From the IMG/VR virus record IMGVR_UViG_2061766007_000322: 64,000 bases of DNA. One strand, given 5' to 3'. The notes under the pieces were generated by a model, which made no database searches, was not told the origin of the DNA, and saw only the letters and a program-made list of their open reading frames with translations. The stretch comes from an uncultured virus (IMG/VR IMGVR_UViG_2061766007_000322) (lineage: Duplodnaviria > Heunggongvirae > Uroviricota > Caudoviricetes). The translations under genes were made by a program, and so were the position numbers. Positions 50,643-60,406 of this stretch are shown here, one piece after another (the stretch's first letter is position 1; every line of letters starts with the position of its first letter).

Positions 50643-50696
50643 TTTTTATTTCATAGATTACACATTTATAATCCAAAATGATAAAGGTGATAAAAA

Positions 50697-51752
50697 ATGA
50701 ATAAAGATACAAAAGAAGCGTTTATAGACGCATTAATGTCAAGACCTGGTATTTATACAAAAAAGGTTAACGACAATGAATATAGAACAAGATGTCCTTT
50801 ATGTGGTGATTCTAAAAAGAATGAAAATACAGGACATATGTATATAAAAGTAAATGTAAACGATAACTCTCCAATTCAATTTCATTGTTTTCTTTGTGAA
50901 GAAGGTGGAGTATTAAAACCATCAATGTTGTCAATGCTCGAAATAGATGATATTAATTTAAAATCATCATTAACTGTTTTAAATAAGTCTGCAGATAAAA
51001 TTGATAAAAAAGGAATAATTGATGGTGGGACTTTAAAAATTTTTGATTATGAACTTCCCGAAATAAAACGGTCAGATAAAACTAAATATATAGAAAATCG
51101 TCTTGGAATTAAATTACCAGATTCTGCATTTAAAAAGATGAAAGTAATTACATCATTAAGAGAATTTCTTATTCATAACAAGATAAAAAAACTTACATGC
51201 TCTGATAAAATAGCATATAATATAGAGAAGAATTATGTGGGATTCTTATCATATGGAAACTCACATATTTTATTCCGTGACATTACAGAAAAACAAGAAA
51301 TATCTTGGTTTAAATATCCTATAACAAAAGATAGTTCTGTTAATAGAATATTCTATTCTATGGACGCTGAAATTGATTTATTTACTTCTGATGAAATTAT
51401 AATAAATATTGCAGAAGGAGTTATGGATACAATATCAGCACATTATAATCTTGGATATGATGGAGAAAATGTTCTTAACTTATGTGTATCTGGAAGATAT
51501 TATAGTAGCTTAATTCTATTTTTAATATCCATGGGTTTTATTGGTAGTAATATTACAATAAATATTTTTGCTGATAATGATTATATGTTCAATAACAAGA
51601 ATAATGTAAATACTACAACACTTGGATATTATAAAAAGATATTATCTGATTATAAACATCTCTTTGGAAAAATATATGTCTGGTATAACTTAAAGAGTAA
51701 AGACATAGGAGTTCCAAGAGATATGATAGAACTTAAAAAATATATTATATAA
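50697..51752 (+). CDS. DNA primase (DnaG/T4 gp61-like)
   Basis: RCPLCGDS...HCFLC Zn finger; TOPRIM motifs AEGVMD, ADND, KDIG. Confidence 0.85.
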   Translation: MNKDTKEAFIDALMSRPGIYTKKVNDNEYRTRCPLCGDSKKNENTGHMYIKVNVNDNSPIQFHCFLCEEGGVLKPSMLSMLEIDDINLKSSLTVLNKSADKIDKKGIIDGGTLKIFDYELPEIKRSDKTKYIENRLGIKLPDSAFKKMKVITSLREFLIHNKIKKLTCSDKIAYNIEKNYVGFLSYGNSHILFRDITEKQEISWFKYPITKDSSVNRIFYSMDAEIDLFTSDEIIINIAEGVMDTISAHYNLGYDGENVLNLCVSGRYYSSLILFLISMGFIGSNITINIFADNDYMFNNKNNVNTTTLGYYKKILSDYKHLFGKIYVWYNLKSKDIGVPRDMIELKKYII

Positions 51753-51769
51753 AGCGAGGAAAATAAAAT

Positions 51770-52300
51770 ATGAAATACTATGTAAATGCTTATGTTAAAA
51801 TCGACCATGTTAAAAATGGAAATAGGAAAGTTTTTCGAGCACCTACCACAGGTACACAAATTTATGGATTTGATAATCTCGAAAAGCACATTAGATTATT
51901 ATGCAAAACCAGTAGTAAAACCTTTAGAAACGCACTAATTTGTGATGATAATGACTGTGTAATTGAAAGTATGCATAATGATGAAAACAGATATGATTAT
52001 GTAAAGCATATTAATAATACAGAAATATCTCCATTAGAAAAATTATTTCTTGAATTATTTTATAATGATAAGAGAACTTCTGACACAGCATTATCTACAT
52101 ATGACGAAATAGAAAAGTTTCTTGATAGTAGGAATTTACATGCTAAACCTATAGAAATAAAATCATTTGTTTCCGCAGTTTATCCATGCCTTTTGGGTAA
52201 TGATTATAAATTTATGCTTTTAAAAGAAACAAAAGATTTTTATACATTAGAATTAGAAAATAGTGGATGGATATTTAAAAGATTAAATGTATATAGATAA
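51770..52300 (+). CDS. Hypothetical protein
   Basis: GAGG RBS. Confidence 0.65.
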   Translation: MKYYVNAYVKIDHVKNGNRKVFRAPTTGTQIYGFDNLEKHIRLLCKTSSKTFRNALICDDNDCVIESMHNDENRYDYVKHINNTEISPLEKLFLELFYNDKRTSDTALSTYDEIEKFLDSRNLHAKPIEIKSFVSAVYPCLLGNDYKFMLLKETKDFYTLELENSGWIFKRLNVYR

Positions 52301-52368
52301 AATGAAGAACGTGATAACTACATATTATCACGTTCTTATTGATTATCAGTATTTTATATATAGATATT

Positions 52369-52378
52369 TATATATTAT
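52369..52378 (+). promoter_or_regulatory. Early-type promoter motif
   Basis: TATATATTAT. Confidence 0.65.
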
Positions 52379-52388
52379 TTTTGTAGTA

Positions 52389-52502
52389 AATGAGAGATGC
52401 TTATATAAGGCGTTTATATCTCTCATTACATATTATGGTCCGTACAGCCAGTAAATGTACCACCCATGCTCGGGTGACTGGACGAAAGTCTGGGGAAAGG
52501 AG
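52389..52502 (+). ncRNA. Candidate structured 5' leader (hairpin plus pseudoknot-like element)
   Basis: GC-rich island with complementary pairs GTACA/TGTAC, CCAGT/ACTGG, CACCC/GGGTG and a GAAA tetraloop hairpin before the RBS. Confidence 0.35.
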
Positions 52503-52507
52503 CATTT

Positions 52508-52891
52508 ATGACAAATGAAATTAAAACAGATGGAACGTCAGTTGATCTCGTGTTCTCAGCTTTTGCAGCACTCAAGCATCTTCATAGTATGTTTAACACA
52601 GTCTCAGAAACAGCACGTCCGGAAGCTGAGTGGCTTGAAAACGATGTTGTAAGAAAAGTGATCCGTATATCAATATCAACAGCTGTAGAAGAAGCAAACT
52701 GCATATCAAAAGAGATAAAGGCTGCAATTGACAAACTTCAGACGGCGAGTGTCTTGAATGAAAATGAAGAGGATAGTATGAGAGAAGCACTGATGCACAT
52801 ATCAGCAGAGGTAGAATTCATTAAAAACCAGCTTATCAATAAACAAACAATGATTCATGAAATTGATGTATACTATGACGAAACTGAATAA
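52508..52891 (+). CDS. Hypothetical early helical protein (127 aa)
   Basis: AAAGGAG RBS. Confidence 0.75.
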   Translation: MTNEIKTDGTSVDLVFSAFAALKHLHSMFNTVSETARPEAEWLENDVVRKVIRISISTAVEEANCISKEIKAAIDKLQTASVLNENEEDSMREALMHISAEVEFIKNQLINKQTMIHEIDVYYDETE

Positions 52892-52914
52892 CGAGCATAG
52901 CAATCTGATCACAG

Positions 52915-52960
52915 CAGAACTCGGCATCGACACTCAAGTTGGTGTCGGGTTCTTTTTTTA
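52915..52960 (+). terminator. Intrinsic terminator
   Basis: AGAACTCGGCATCGAC/GTTGGTGTCGGGTTCT stem with G-U pairs plus T run. Confidence 0.75.
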
Positions 52961-53012
52961 TTATTTTTTAGCTAACTTAGTAATAAACTATTATTAAGGA
53001 GGCTTTTTAATT

Positions 53013-54290
53013 ATGCTTTATGAAATTATAAGTAAAGATGAAACCCCGATTTCACAAATGCATATCTATTTGAAAAACAAAACTAATGATGATGGTGGAA
53101 ATCTTCCTGAGATATTACATGATTTAGCTGTTGCAGAAAGTGTTAATCCTCTTTACGCATTTGCTGTATATTGTGTAATTACTGATAATATTACAAAAGA
53201 ACCGAAAAATGCTAATAAATATCCTACAAAAGAAGTTATGCTATTAGCGTTTATCCAATATCTTAAAGGTATGGCAACTACTATTGGGTTAAATAAAAAA
53301 CAGGTGAGTATATTATATGACAATCTTAAAGAATCGCAGCTTATTGGTCATTCACCAACTCTATTAAATCTTGATGGTGATTTATTCACATCACATTATG
53401 ATAATAATAAATACTATAGTAAAGAGGCTGCAGATGAGGCAGAGGATTCATTTCCGTATTGGGTAATAAATATAGTTAAAGAAATAAAAAATAGTAATGA
53501 ACTTATTACGCCAAAAAAGAATGTTGTATATGAACTTCCCTATTATATCCAGAATATTTCTGGTACTTCTATACCCATTTATGATTCATTAGATAAAGAA
53601 AAAAGAAATGTAATTGGTAATATTCCACCAACTGGTCTTGAACCTGTATTCAAAATTGAAAGAAACTGTGCAAGATTACTTTCATCCGTGTATGCATATG
53701 TTGATTTAAATGACAAAATGATTATTCCTGTAAAACATCTTGAAGATTATTCTGAACTCGAATTGGCTAATGTTGATGAAGTTATATTCCCTAAATTACC
53801 ATTTGATATAATTGTAAAAGATTCTATTATTGGTAGGTATGGAATTAATAATCACTATAATACAGATGGTGACCATGAATATAAAACAGATGATAAAATA
53901 TGTATAATAAACGTATATATGAATACGTATGGTGTTACTGAAGATGGATTTTTTATTCCATTTGACTTTTCGCATATAAAATTCTATGAAGAGCAAAAAA
54001 TAGAAGAGTCTGTATCTATTTCTCAGGAACATACAAAACTGACAGATGGTTTTAATGTTAAAGAAAGATATGTAGTATGTGTAAAATGTACAAATGAACA
54101 GACAAAAATTAAAACATTAGATATACTCAGAAAACATGTAAAAGAAACAGAACCATATGTATATGAAAATACAATGGGTATATTTGTTATTATAGGTTCA
54201 TATAACACATTCGATAAAGCATGTTCAATGAGAAAATCATCTCTTAAATTTGGTTGTAAAGCATCTATTATTGATACAGAAAATTTATAA
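53013..54290 (+). CDS. Protein with C-terminal SPOR-like peptidoglycan-binding domain and possible degenerate SH3-like modules
   Basis: C-terminal YVVCV...FVIIGSYNTFDKA...GCKASII pattern. Confidence 0.45.
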   Translation: MLYEIISKDETPISQMHIYLKNKTNDDGGNLPEILHDLAVAESVNPLYAFAVYCVITDNITKEPKNANKYPTKEVMLLAFIQYLKGMATTIGLNKKQVSILYDNLKESQLIGHSPTLLNLDGDLFTSHYDNNKYYSKEAADEAEDSFPYWVINIVKEIKNSNELITPKKNVVYELPYYIQNISGTSIPIYDSLDKEKRNVIGNIPPTGLEPVFKIERNCARLLSSVYAYVDLNDKMIIPVKHLEDYSELELANVDEVIFPKLPFDIIVKDSIIGRYGINNHYNTDGDHEYKTDDKICIINVYMNTYGVTEDGFFIPFDFSHIKFYEEQKIEESVSISQEHTKLTDGFNVKERYVVCVKCTNEQTKIKTLDILRKHVKETEPYVYENTMGIFVIIGSYNTFDKACSMRKSSLKFGCKASIIDTENL

Positions 54291-54296
54291 AAAATA

Positions 54297-54337
54297 TAGA
54301 TAGAGCAATAGTATATTTTATCTATTGCTCTATCTAT
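54297..54337. terminator. Hairpin between convergent genes
   Basis: TAGATAGAGCAATAG/CTATTGCTCTATCTA stem. Confidence 0.75.
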
Positions 54338-55020
54338 TATACTCTTGGTAAATGTTGATATTTACCATGACATATGTCAAGCATCAGTGTTGTTGTTTTA
54401 TTTATATCATACAATTCATTACGAATAAAAACAATATCAGTATTGTCTACATTTGATACAAAACATGGTACGTGTATAGAAATTTCTGTATTATTTTCAA
54501 TAACTTTTTCAAATGCACGAAATTGTTCGTATTGTTCATATAATCTTCTAAACATTTCACGGTAGTTTTGAGTTTTATTAACATATTCTCGTTCACACGC
54601 TCTATCTGTAATAATTTTGTTACTTGCATAAATATATATAAATGTCATATTTTTTTCATCGAACGCATCTTTAAATGCCTGAATTGTATCCTTTGTTCCA
54701 ATTGAGATATATTCTCGTTTGCTACTCATATTTTCTGGTTTGCCTGTACCATAGTAGACAATATCATTATCAGAACCACTAAGATGTGATTTATAGGTTC
54801 TATATTCAAATATAATACCAGAGTTATACAACTCCATAAATTCTTTATCTGTAACAAAATTATATGCTGACTCTGGTTCATTCGGACGTTGAGAGCGAGT
54901 TGTATATAATGGGAGGTACATTAACTTCTCTTCATCATAATTGCATATTTTTAATGCATTATTAAGCATTGTATCCTTACCACTACAACTTCGCCCCATT
55001 AACGAAATAACTTTACACAT
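54337..55020 (-). CDS. gmk: Guanylate kinase-like nucleoside monophosphate kinase
   Basis: P-loop GRSCSGKDT; YTTRSQRPNE; YNFVT; YYGT. Confidence 0.82.
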   Translation of the reverse strand: MCKVISLMGRSCSGKDTMLNNALKICNYDEEKLMYLPLYTTRSQRPNEPESAYNFVTDKEFMELYNSGIIFEYRTYKSHLSGSDNDIVYYGTGKPENMSSKREYISIGTKDTIQAFKDAFDEKNMTFIYIYASNKIITDRACEREYVNKTQNYREMFRRLYEQYEQFRAFEKVIENNTEISIHVPCFVSNVDNTDIVFIRNELYDINKTTTLMLDICHGKYQHLPRV

Positions 55021-55027
55021 CTTTTTA

Positions 55028-56521
55028 TCATACCTCCATATTTAACATAATAATTTCTTTACACTTCTTTTCAAATACTGGTCTGTGACGTTTAAACATT
55101 TGATATACATAATCTATACCCAAATCTACTAAATAAAATAAATAGGTGTCATCAGTGTCTGAGTATGGTCTAAGACGACCTCGTAATTGATCCGCCAATG
55201 CTTTTGAACCTATCGGTTCTGTATTAATAAGGACTCTTAATCCTTTTATATCATCTCCTTCACCAATACTTTTAATGGTTGCTATTATAATATCACAATT
55301 CATAGCAGCTTCTTTTTCTTCATCAGATTTTCTACTGTGTACTATACCAATAGATTTGTTTGTACAATCTTTAATATAATCAGCAATAATATCTAATGAA
55401 TCTATTTTTGGTGCGATAATTAAAATTTTACCTTTGAGACGATTAACTTTTATAAGAATACTTTCAATAACTCTTAACATAGAATTTCTTTCATTATGTT
55501 TCAATTCATAATCAATATATTTGAAAGTATTAAATCCATATCTTCCACCAACTATTTGGGTTACAGTGTATATCGATGGCCTTGACTGAAATGTTGTACA
55601 TATAAGATTTATATGTTTTCTTACTCCATCATATTGTAATGTTTCCTCACCAAATCTATAAAGAGAAGCATACGCTCTTTCAAAGATTCTTATTTCCTTT
55701 GGATCACTACGGGTAAATGTTGCTGTAAGATAATAATTTCTTTTTACATTTGAAAAATAGTCTATCATTAATGAATTCTCAAAAAATCTATGAGCCTCGT
55801 CTACTACTTTAACACCAACTCTTATCTTTTTAAAGAAATCATGTAATGCCTCCCATGAATTCATTCTTGCATATGATGCCAATGTCTGGTGGTTTACAAG
55901 ATATATATCACCTTCAAGCTCGTTATTCATGATTTTATTCATTTCATTAGAACTATCTATAACAACAACCCTATCTTCAGTAATATTGGACTTGTTAATA
56001 AATTCTAAATACCATTGGTCCCTTAACCTTGTTTTATGAGTTATAACTATTGCTTTAAGATTTAAATCAGCAATCGCAGCAATCATACAATAGGTTTTAC
56101 CAGCACCAGTATCAAGATTTAATCCATATTGATTATAGTAATTTCCTTTTGTAAATCTTCCTTTGGATGTTAGGAAATCAATACTATCTTCTTGAATTAC
56201 ATCTCTTGGTTTATAATTCATATCAATTTTATTTTTTATATTTTCACATCTATCAACATAATCAATACTAATCTTATTAGGAGTTGCATTGAATTCGTTG
56301 GCTAATAAATTAAGCGATGTACCTCTTGGTAAATAAAGTATATTATTTTCTATATAATAACCAATTGGTATATATTGATGTGTCACGTCGTCCCATTTAG
56401 AAAACATTTTTTCCACTTTTGGAGAATCATTTTTCATATATGGGAATACTTCAATATGCGTACTATATATTCTAATAGAATAGTCTTTATCTATTAGTAG
56501 TTTATTTATCATTTTATTCAC
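55028..56521 (-). CDS. Superfamily 2 DExH helicase (UvsW-like)
   Basis: TGAGKT, DEAH, TAT, GEGDDIKGL, QLRGRLR motifs; true start may be the ATG at 56512. Confidence 0.88.
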   Translation of the reverse strand: MNKMINKLLIDKDYSIRIYSTHIEVFPYMKNDSPKVEKMFSKWDDVTHQYIPIGYYIENNILYLPRGTSLNLLANEFNATPNKISIDYVDRCENIKNKIDMNYKPRDVIQEDSIDFLTSKGRFTKGNYYNQYGLNLDTGAGKTYCMIAAIADLNLKAIVITHKTRLRDQWYLEFINKSNITEDRVVVIDSSNEMNKIMNNELEGDIYLVNHQTLASYARMNSWEALHDFFKKIRVGVKVVDEAHRFFENSLMIDYFSNVKRNYYLTATFTRSDPKEIRIFERAYASLYRFGEETLQYDGVRKHINLICTTFQSRPSIYTVTQIVGGRYGFNTFKYIDYELKHNERNSMLRVIESILIKVNRLKGKILIIAPKIDSLDIIADYIKDCTNKSIGIVHSRKSDEEKEAAMNCDIIIATIKSIGEGDDIKGLRVLINTEPIGSKALADQLRGRLRPYSDTDDTYLFYLVDLGIDYVYQMFKRHRPVFEKKCKEIIMLNMEV

Positions 56522-56603
56522 CTCTTAGTATAAAAAATAACCGGATCAGAACGAATCTTAATCCGGTTACCTTTTTTATTTAATTGTGTTCGGGTTTTTA
56601 TTA

Positions 56604-56879
56604 TTAGAAAATAGAACCGCTTCTTCTGGTGTTAGCTCTGTTATTTGTACCACTAAAACCAGATACAGAAACAAGAGCCTCTGTGAGAATTGCAACTCTT
56701 TCTTCATTGCTGAAGTCTTTCAGCATATTTGTAATATCCTGTTTTGTTCTGTCGTCAAGACGGCCAGAGTTGGCACGAGTCTTAACCGCATCGGCAATAA
56801 TACCTGCGGCTTTCTTAATAATCTGATTTCTTTTTGTTACCAGGTCCTGAATTTCCTGACTTGCTGTAGTAAAGTCCAT
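56604..56879 (-). CDS. Small hypothetical protein (91 aa)
   Basis: GAAAGGA RBS; GACA-N6-TA upstream. Confidence 0.7.
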   Translation of the reverse strand: MDFTTASQEIQDLVTKRNQIIKKAAGIIADAVKTRANSGRLDDRTKQDITNMLKDFSNEERVAILTEALVSVSGFSGTNNRANTRRSGSIF

Positions 56880-57003
56880 AATATGACTTCCTTTCTTATC
56901 TTATTATTTTTTTTATTATCATGTCCGCAAGCATATAACAATTTATAATAGGTTATGAGAAGTTTGTTAAAACTTGCGGTTATGACCTTTTTAAACAGTT
57001 ACA

Positions 57004-57753
57004 TTATTCACTGGCTTCAGGGATTTTTGACTTGAGAAATTCAATAATATCAATTCCCTCTTCTCTAAGCTCTGATACTGTCATCGCACTATCCTTCTCC
57101 GTTAAATATACAATCGGTTCAGGAAGCTTATCGTCCGCGGTATCTTTTGAATAGGCAATAATAACTGTTTCATACTGTAAGAGTTCTGCCCATGAATTGT
57201 AATACGGAACAGACATCTTGGTTGATTTATTAAGCCCACTCTGCATATTGGACAATCTGTGTGGTTGTCCCGTAGGAAGTTTAGGCTTAATTTTTGCCAT
57301 ACTAATGCTGAGAACATTAAGTATGGTCTTCGTGATTTTTTTCAGAAAATCATCATTTGCATAAACTACAGGACGATATTTTTCCGATTGAGCATTAAGC
57401 CCGTCAATAAACATCTTATCGTAATCTGCATCAGGGTTTTCCTTTGCCATGTTGATGATGTCATTTACAGATCTGGCTACAAGTTTATCTGGGTCAAAAT
57501 ATTTTTTGTACTCAATATCAAATCTGGATTTTTCAATAGCATTATTAGACTTCCAAAAGTAAGGATACAGCGTCCTTACATCATCAGGTTTATTTTTTTT
57601 ATATATCCATACCTGATTATCATAGCTGTCAATGTATCCTTTACCATCAACAAAATTCATCTCTTGGCTATCTTTATCCTTTGAGTTAAAGTAGCCAAGG
57701 ACAGAAAAGGTATCTTTTGGCGTGAAAATAAACGCTGGAAAAGATTTGACCAT
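57004..57753 (-). CDS. Hypothetical protein, possible HTH-like C-terminal region
   Basis: Long ORF with RBS. Confidence 0.7.
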   Translation of the reverse strand: MVKSFPAFIFTPKDTFSVLGYFNSKDKDSQEMNFVDGKGYIDSYDNQVWIYKKNKPDDVRTLYPYFWKSNNAIEKSRFDIEYKKYFDPDKLVARSVNDIINMAKENPDADYDKMFIDGLNAQSEKYRPVVYANDDFLKKITKTILNVLSISMAKIKPKLPTGQPHRLSNMQSGLNKSTKMSVPYYNSWAELLQYETVIIAYSKDTADDKLPEPIVYLTEKDSAMTVSELREEGIDIIEFLKSKIPEASE

Positions 57754-57782
57754 TTCCGCCTTCGCCTCCTTGTTTTTTATTT

Positions 57783-58442
57783 TTAAATGAACACGTTCTC
57801 GTCGTATTTGTGTTTAATGAGAGCGTTCAAATAAAATTCAACTATATCACATGTTACGGGTGAATAATTGTTGGCGTCAACACCAACATTAAGACCATAT
57901 TTTGTTATTTTCCTAAGACCGTGTATATGACCAAAAAGATTATAAACAGGATTTGTGATAGAATCCGTAAGGGAATCAAATTCGCATACAAATGGTTGTG
58001 ACGGATGTCTTCTTGATTCATCACACACAACGTCGCCATTAGCCGTCATCACACAATCAATTGGTTTATGAACAAGATTGACAAGTCCAATAAAACCAAA
58101 TAAGGTATTTGTATCTACTTGATTAAAGCAATAATGACTAAGACACATGCCTTCAAAGCCGTCGACTATACTTCCCTTTACCTCAGAGTCATAGTTGCCA
58201 CAAATAAGGATGTGCTTACCATTAAGATATTTAACCGTTTCCAAATCACCAAAATCGCCTATATGAAATGTAAGTGTATCATTATCAGCAATCTGGTTGA
58301 ACCTATTTATAATAGTTTCGTCTGCTTCTGCGACTGAACAGAACGGTCTTTTATTCAGGAACAGATGGCGTTCGCTACCATAATGTTCATCTGAAGTAAA
58401 CAAAACTTTTCTGTGCATTACATATTCATTTATATTAAACAT
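57783..58442 (-). CDS. Calcineurin-like metallophosphoesterase
   Basis: TSDEHYG, IGDF, GNYD, GHIH, NVGVD motifs. Confidence 0.85.
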   Translation of the reverse strand: MFNINEYVMHRKVLFTSDEHYGSERHLFLNKRPFCSVAEADETIINRFNQIADNDTLTFHIGDFGDLETVKYLNGKHILICGNYDSEVKGSIVDGFEGMCLSHYCFNQVDTNTLFGFIGLVNLVHKPIDCVMTANGDVVCDESRRHPSQPFVCEFDSLTDSITNPVYNLFGHIHGLRKITKYGLNVGVDANNYSPVTCDIVEFYLNALIKHKYDENVFI

Positions 58443-58476
58443 ATTTATTTCTCCTTTATCGTTTATTTACCATTAT

Positions 58477-59175
58477 TTACCATCCGACATATACATCGAT
58501 GACATAGTCATTCCCTGTACCATAATCATATATTACTCCAAGCCCCCACGGTGTATAAACCGCAGAGAATCTGTCCATCGTATCAGGCGTATTAGAAGCA
58601 AGGCAGAGATTACCGTTACCATCACGCACAAATCCATACTCATCAGTCCAGCGACCAGGAATATACAATCCATCGCCAGGAAGAACACGTTCGGAGTAAT
58701 ATGTAAAATAGTAGCCATCATATTCGATGACTCCATTTTCTTTAAAGTAACCTGGAGAATACATCATATAACTTGGATAAGTATCGTATCCAAATCCATC
58801 AATAGAGTATTTTTCAGGAACATAAACGTCTCCAGCTACTGTAGTATCTTCAACAGGTTTTACCATAGTAAGCCAATCGCTATGCATGTAATAGTTGTGA
58901 TTATCATACTGTATCTGAACCCAACCATTGTATCTATCAGTAACATCGGTTGCGACAACTTCAGTACCAGGTTTATAAACATCAATAATTCTGGCATCAA
59001 GACTGGGTTCTTCTCTTACTCTTAACCAATCGGTCGTGTAAAGAATCATCCGGTCATATTCTTTCTCGATAACAACATCATTGTTTGCATCAAGTACTAT
59101 AGATGTTGAATTTGTACATGCTACGCTAAACAACATAGTCGATACCATTGCAGCAATTCTATTTTTAGCTTTCAT
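58477..59175 (-). CDS. Exported SH3b plus 3D-like domain cell-wall protein
   Basis: Signal or lipoprotein-like N-terminus ending SVAC; SH3b LRVREEPS...GWVQI; C-terminal TPWGLGVIYDYG...IDVYV. Confidence 0.65.
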   Translation of the reverse strand: MKAKNRIAAMVSTMLFSVACTNSTSIVLDANNDVVIEKEYDRMILYTTDWLRVREEPSLDARIIDVYKPGTEVVATDVTDRYNGWVQIQYDNHNYYMHSDWLTMVKPVEDTTVAGDVYVPEKYSIDGFGYDTYPSYMMYSPGYFKENGVIEYDGYYFTYYSERVLPGDGLYIPGRWTDEYGFVRDGNGNLCLASNTPDTMDRFSAVYTPWGLGVIYDYGTGNDYVIDVYVGW

Positions 59176-59764
59176 TTGTTATACCTCTATTTCTTGTATT
59201 TTGTATTGTAGCCATCTTAATAGCTTCTAATGATAATTGAGTCATATCTATTTTACTGAGCTCACTTATTAAATATTCTAACTCAGTGTATGTTAAATAC
59301 GTATATGAACTCAACGAGTTAATATAAAGTATTACACCTTCATATGCTTTACCGTTACTATCAGTAACTACCGATGGCTTTAATTTAATCTTTTTTGATG
59401 AGGATGATAACGCAGTAAATGTTTCAACATTCTCATTCACCATAAGTTCATTATTCATATAGAAAAATAAATCCTTATTATTGGTAAAATACATTGCACA
59501 TTTTTTTAACATTTTTATCAATAAATAAAGATAATATCTATTGAAGGTTATTGATGAGTTGTAGTTATATCCACCATCCTCAAAAATCTCTAATGTTACA
59601 TAGGGGTGTGGAGCTATTTTTACATACTCGTTCCCATCAACAGTAAACTTAGAAATTATTGGTTGCATTTGTACAGCTGGCGAAACTACATCTTGACGTA
59701 ATACTATACCAAATTTTACTTTGAGAGTATTTATCTTGAATAATTCAATTATCGCCCTATACAT
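59165..59764 (-). CDS. Hypothetical phage protein (199 aa)
   Basis: GGAGGTG RBS. Confidence 0.7.
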   Translation of the reverse strand: MYRAIIELFKINTLKVKFGIVLRQDVVSPAVQMQPIISKFTVDGNEYVKIAPHPYVTLEIFEDGGYNYNSSITFNRYYLYLLIKMLKKCAMYFTNNKDLFFYMNNELMVNENVETFTALSSSSKKIKLKPSVVTDSNGKAYEGVILYINSLSSYTYLTYTELEYLISELSKIDMTQLSLEAIKMATIQNTRNRGITNES

Positions 59765-59915
59765 GAAGCACCACCTCCATTAATTTCAAAGTTACCACGA
59801 TTATAAAAATATAAAAATCGTATGTAACATTTTGAACGGTCATCAAGGTGCGCGATGTATAACATCAAGCACATCGCACACCTAATAACCACGCCTATTT
59901 TACAAGCACGCCATA

Positions 59916-60401
59916 TTAAATTTCGTTGATTGCCTCCATAAGACGTTCATACGATTCCTTCAGAAACGCGACGTTCTTTTCACAAACATTGATCTTTGAG
60001 AGTATGACTCCGCGGTCATTCTCACTAAGATATTCATCGTTGACTATGTCTTTAAGTATATTCAAAAGGTTCGTATATTCACCAGACGTTTTTTTGGCGG
60101 TTTCACAATCTCTGTACAACCTTGTTATGGTTGCACTATCAACACGATGTTTGTTTTCCATATTGAACTTTTCTGCAAGAATCTTCTGGTTGTTGTCATA
60201 GGGTTTATTCTTACCATCATCAGAGTTATCAACACCGATAGAACAATTCAATATATCGGTAACCTGTTCGCCTTTTGCCGACGACGCCATGATAATTTTT
60301 TCTATCTGTTCCATCAAGTTTTTGTTGCCTGATTCAGGGATACTACCATCCTCAATAATCATAATTATTTTTCCTGCAAATGAATTTTCTCCGTTTTTCA
60401 T
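59916..60401 (-). CDS. Hypothetical protein
   Basis: AAAGGAG RBS. Confidence 0.65.
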   Translation of the reverse strand: MKNGENSFAGKIIMIIEDGSIPESGNKNLMEQIEKIIMASSAKGEQVTDILNCSIGVDNSDDGKNKPYDNNQKILAEKFNMENKHRVDSATITRLYRDCETAKKTSGEYTNLLNILKDIVNDEYLSENDRGVILSKINVCEKNVAFLKESYERLMEAINEI

Positions 60402-60406
60402 AGTAA

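Noticed and set aside
52436..52493. Hammerhead ribozyme (GTCC...GGACGAAA)
   Set aside because: The required CUGANGA core is absent upstream of the stem
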